DNA from: Eutreptiella sp. 'Long Island Sound 2002'
Taxonomy: Eukaryota; Protista; Euglenida
NCBI GenBank assembly: GCA_964036045.1
Contig: OZ038379.1
Location: forward strand, 23,188,001-23,252,000
Direction: 5' to 3'
DNA: 64,000 bases
Shown here: positions 60,116 to 64,000 of the stretch, in pieces
Layout of the letters: each line of letters starts with the position of its first letter
Position numbering within the stretch: position 1 is the first letter of the stretch
Position numbers and translations under genes: made by a program
Notes under the pieces: model-generated
The model's input: only the letters and a program-made list of their open reading frames with translations
Told to the model about the DNA's origin: nothing
Database searches by the model: none

Positions 60116-63100
60116 CCCTGCCTCCGCAACCGCCGACAGTGGACCATGGGTCGCTACACCGGGAGGACGGCAGACGTCGGGAGGACGGCAGACGTGGGAA
60201 ACGAATTTCAGGGGCAACGCCGACACGGGGGGGGGGGGGGTCCATAAATGCCTAAAAACGTAGGAGGGCGTTTGGGGACGGACAGAAGGGGGGACGGACG
60301 CTCAGCGCGGAAGGGAGAGGGGACCGGTCCTACCGTGCCCCTTCAAGCACAGGCTTGTGCCGGCAAAGGCGGTTACTGGCGGGTGGGAAACTGTGTGGGT
60401 TATAAAACGACAAGAGAGGGTGCGGGCGGAAGCGGTCCCGAAGGAACGAGGGTGCATCACCCCCCCTCACGCCGGCCTTGGGGTAGGGGCCCGCAGGTGC
60501 AGTGTCGGTGATTACGGGTGTGGAAGGGGGATATTTTGTGCGTTTTGCTCACTCGTCCGGCTCACTGTCAGTTGGAAGCACAGGCTCTGGGGGGCAGGGC
60601 CATTGTGAGTGGGGTGTGCATGGTCCTCCCGCTTGTTCGGCCCTGGGATTGGGCGCTAGACACGTACACTGCGGGGCTACTGGGCAGAACTTGGATGCGG
60701 GGCCAAAAGTTGTGTGCACTTTGGACCTCGTGTTCGCACAGGTAACGGAGGAATGAAGAAATGGGGGCTGGTGGGGGTTAGGGACGGCTAGCAGCCGCAC
60801 CTTGTGACGCATTCTGCAGCAATTTCGGGGCAGGCGAGGGTCATCGATGCCCATTGCACATGCCCACGCGCATTGAGAAAGATGCGCGGTTGCGACTCTC
60901 GGGAGGTCGCCCAGCCTCATGTGGAAGGGATGATGGCTGCTCTGTGGCGTCATGTTTGGCAGCTTTCGGGGGACCAGGATCCAGACTACAGACATTGTGG
61001 CCAGAAATCGGTGTGGTCAGTTGGTTTGTTGTGCAGGTGTAATCATAGACAGTGTTGTCTTGGGTGTAAGCACAGGTCGGGCGATGGATGTTGTGGTAGT
61101 CTGTCAGGTTTGACAATCCTTGAAAGCGGTCTGAACAACGGATGTGATTTGTGTTGCAACGCCAAGGAACTCGTCGCCGTGGCAATGGCTGCAACGGAAT
61201 ACACACTGAACCCTTGCTGTTGCTGCTTGGGGCAAGAGATGCAATGTACAAAACGGTCCCTGCAGGTGGCAGCAATCTAGGCCCTTTTTTGGCCCAATTT
61301 TTACCTGCCTTTCAACAATCAGAAGCCATGTCACCACAGAAGGGTCTGAAACCTTGAAATATGGATTCCCCGCCCTAAGACGTGGTGTTGGCAGATTTTG
61401 TAGGTCATGGCTCCTTGAGTTCGGCCTGTCAGCCGCTCCTGTCCGGAATTGGGGCATTTAGCAACCCTCGCCCCCCAAAAGCGTGTGTATATGCATATGG
61501 TACTCAGAACATATCGGGGTCTAAGAAGAAATGCTCCTGGAGACCCAGTTGCATTTATGCTTTTCCATTATGCCATACAAGTGAACGTGTGGTGCCATTC
61601 ACTTGACATTGTCCCAGGGTGCACCCATTGGGCTTTGGTGCCACAATCAACGGACTGCCATGGGCTGCATATGCAACCATTTCCGAATCAACATCCAACG
61701 GAAGCTCTTGCTTTGCACTTCAGTTGATATCGATTCAGTGAGGATCATGTGATTCAAAAGATATATTTCCTCATGCAACCATACCTTTCAAGAAGAGTCG
61801 TGACTTGCACCAGTGGTCACTATGTGAATTTGTCCGTGTACATTGTAAGTTGTGGAATTTCTTTTGCTACAATGGCAAGTGCAACAAAATATAATCAGGG
61901 TACTTCCCGCTACAACAACAAAAAAAAATTACTCAGGTTACAACGGAACAAGAATTGGTATTTGCGTTTACAGCAGAAAAGATAATTTGCCTTGACTTGC
62001 AGAAAGAATTATTTAGGCCTCCATTCCAAGCGAACCTGCCCAATTGGTGGAGGGACATTGGATAATTGACGGGCATATTGCGTGTTGGCTTGATCAAGGG
62101 TTTTGCAACACGGAAATTGACGGCCCATGTGCAAGAGGGATCAATCTAATGGAGCCATTAGGTTCCCCAACCCAAATTGTGAATGATCGCAAAGGGAAGT
62201 GGCGAATCATACTACAGACAAACCCATGCAAATCCATTTGATCATCCGTGTCAACCACGAAAGTGTGGTGACGGTGCCAAGCCATAGTCCAAGCCAAGTC
62301 ATATAACGGACAAGAAGAGTCCATCACACACACAAGTGTATTCGGCGGTGGGCTTGCTCTGGGGCATAAAAGCTAGTGGGTTTGGGCATGTGGTGGCTGT
62401 GTTACAGGGTGTACAGGGTGGCGAGACTGCCCTCCCCCGTTACTCCCCTAGCTAGGGGGTGCAGCACAGGTCGTCTCAGACGTAGGGTGAGGGCAGAGCC
62501 CCTCGCCCTCGGCGGCTCCCTAGAGGGAAGAGGGGCAGGGCACGCCATTCGCGGTCCACTCTGAAGGAAACCCTGTCCATCTTCCAAAGTGATGCAAAGA
62601 GCTTTAAAGACAACCCTTCCACAAAACCTCCAAGAATTAGGATTATAGCTGCCACAGCCCCGGAGAATATTAAGTTCAAAACTCCTAAGGATGAAGTCAT
62701 CAACTCTTTCTCAGTGTGCAAGCACAATGCATGAAGAATGTGCGCTGCACCGCGCATGAATCTTCATGGATCCAGGGTCGAAGTTGCACACATCCACCGA
62801 AACAGGGGAATTCGGGAAAGGGCCCTCCTTGGAACGACTAGCCCAAATTTCCAATAAATTGTCGCCTCTAGGTAGATTGGAATTCGTCACCACCTCTACT
62901 GGTAGTGTCATTGGATGCACAACCTCTCATGTGGATTGTTGCATGCCATAAAATCATTGCATGCAATGTACACTTCTTGTGCACAACTTACTTACTATGG
63001 GTCAACATCTCTACATGCAGCTCAATGAGTTTCCACCACAGGCAATAGTATGTTATTCTGTTTGAACATGGGGACTTTTGGTAAACATACAGTCTCGGGA

Positions 63101-64000
63101 CATCAACATGGATGGTGTCCTCCCACCATCACTACTCCCTCAAAACGCTCCATCCACTGCCAACAACTGAGTTGCACCATGCAAAGGGGAAATGAACAGT
63201 CTTTTGTTGCTAGAGTTAGAAGGTCAACTCCCTGTGAAGCAATAGTGTATGTGGAGCTTGGCACTCCCCTTTTTCTTGGCATCCCATCCCGGCTAATTGA
63301 GCTCCGCAATATTTCACCAATTTTGATGCTTCAACAAGGATAGTGAGACGGTGATGCTTCAATAGCCTCATTCGCAAGTGTTTTCCTCGCCGTTCACCGT
63401 CCAACACTGCCCTTCATGCATGTTGGTACATTATTCACAACAAATAGGTTGGATAGTCGGGGATTGTTCCGTGATTCTAGACAACCGTATGAGCAAAACA
63501 AATACTCCTCACATGCAACCCATTGGCTAGCATACTGGGGGGGGGGGGTCCACACAGGGTTTATTCTGCGGGGCAAATTCCGTTTTCGCATTTTTTAGGA
63601 GAAGTGCGGAATTTTACACATGCGGAATTGTGCTTGTGTCGGCCACCATACCACCTGTTTTGAACGCCCAGAGTTATTTGAGTGCCTGCAATGCGGTACA
63701 TATAGGTTTGGACCTTGAATGAGTTGTACATCAACCTTCAAAATGTCACCAAATAATGCACTGGTCTTTTTAACCCGCAAGAAGGTACAACCGTGGGAGT
63801 ATGATTTGCACTTTTGGCATGAAGAGGTCATGGTTTCTTGTATTCTCGGGGTTTTTACCAAAATCATAGGGCCCGACGTTTGTGTGTTCCTTGATGTTTT
63901 TCAAGGTACACGCCCTAGACCGCTTTCTCGTTCGCAACCCAATAAGCCACCAAACTTAGGCCGCGGTGTCCAAGTTGGTGAAGCATTCACAGACTGTGTC

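Noticed and set aside
60500-64000. Additional genes at the right end
   Set aside because: Short, stop-riddled ORFs with no motif I could recognise; probably degenerate mobile DNA.

Overview
This 64-kb window is eukaryotic nuclear DNA: intron-rich, loaded with repeats and transposon remnants, about 55% GC by eye, with many poly-G/poly-C runs. An euglenozoan, probably euglenid, source is inferred from the MLR-type mitochondrial presequence, recurrent GTNTG splice donors and a plastid-presequence-like exon; this is not proven. Most ORFs in the supplied track are shadows or transposon debris. By manual splicing with phase checks I reconstruct two main genes. (1) A 5-exon gene (16575-27477, about 815-820 aa) encodes a predicted mitochondrial presequence, a RavA/MoxR-type AAA+ ATPase, an acidic/Pro-rich linker and a MIDAS-containing vWA domain in one chain. 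Its linker and vWA exons are bracketed by an apparently perfect 340-bp inverted repeat. (2) A 6- or 7-exon spermidine-synthase-like SAM-dependent transferase (46928/50822-60115). The window also holds a terminal exon of an upstream gene, a frameshifted ARM-like gene, a tentative small multi-exon gene, an intronic element carrying a Ulp1/C48-like protease, nested TIR elements, pogo- and hAT-like transposase relics, and many motif arrays. No CRISPR, rRNA, tRNA or spliced-leader RNA gene could be supported.
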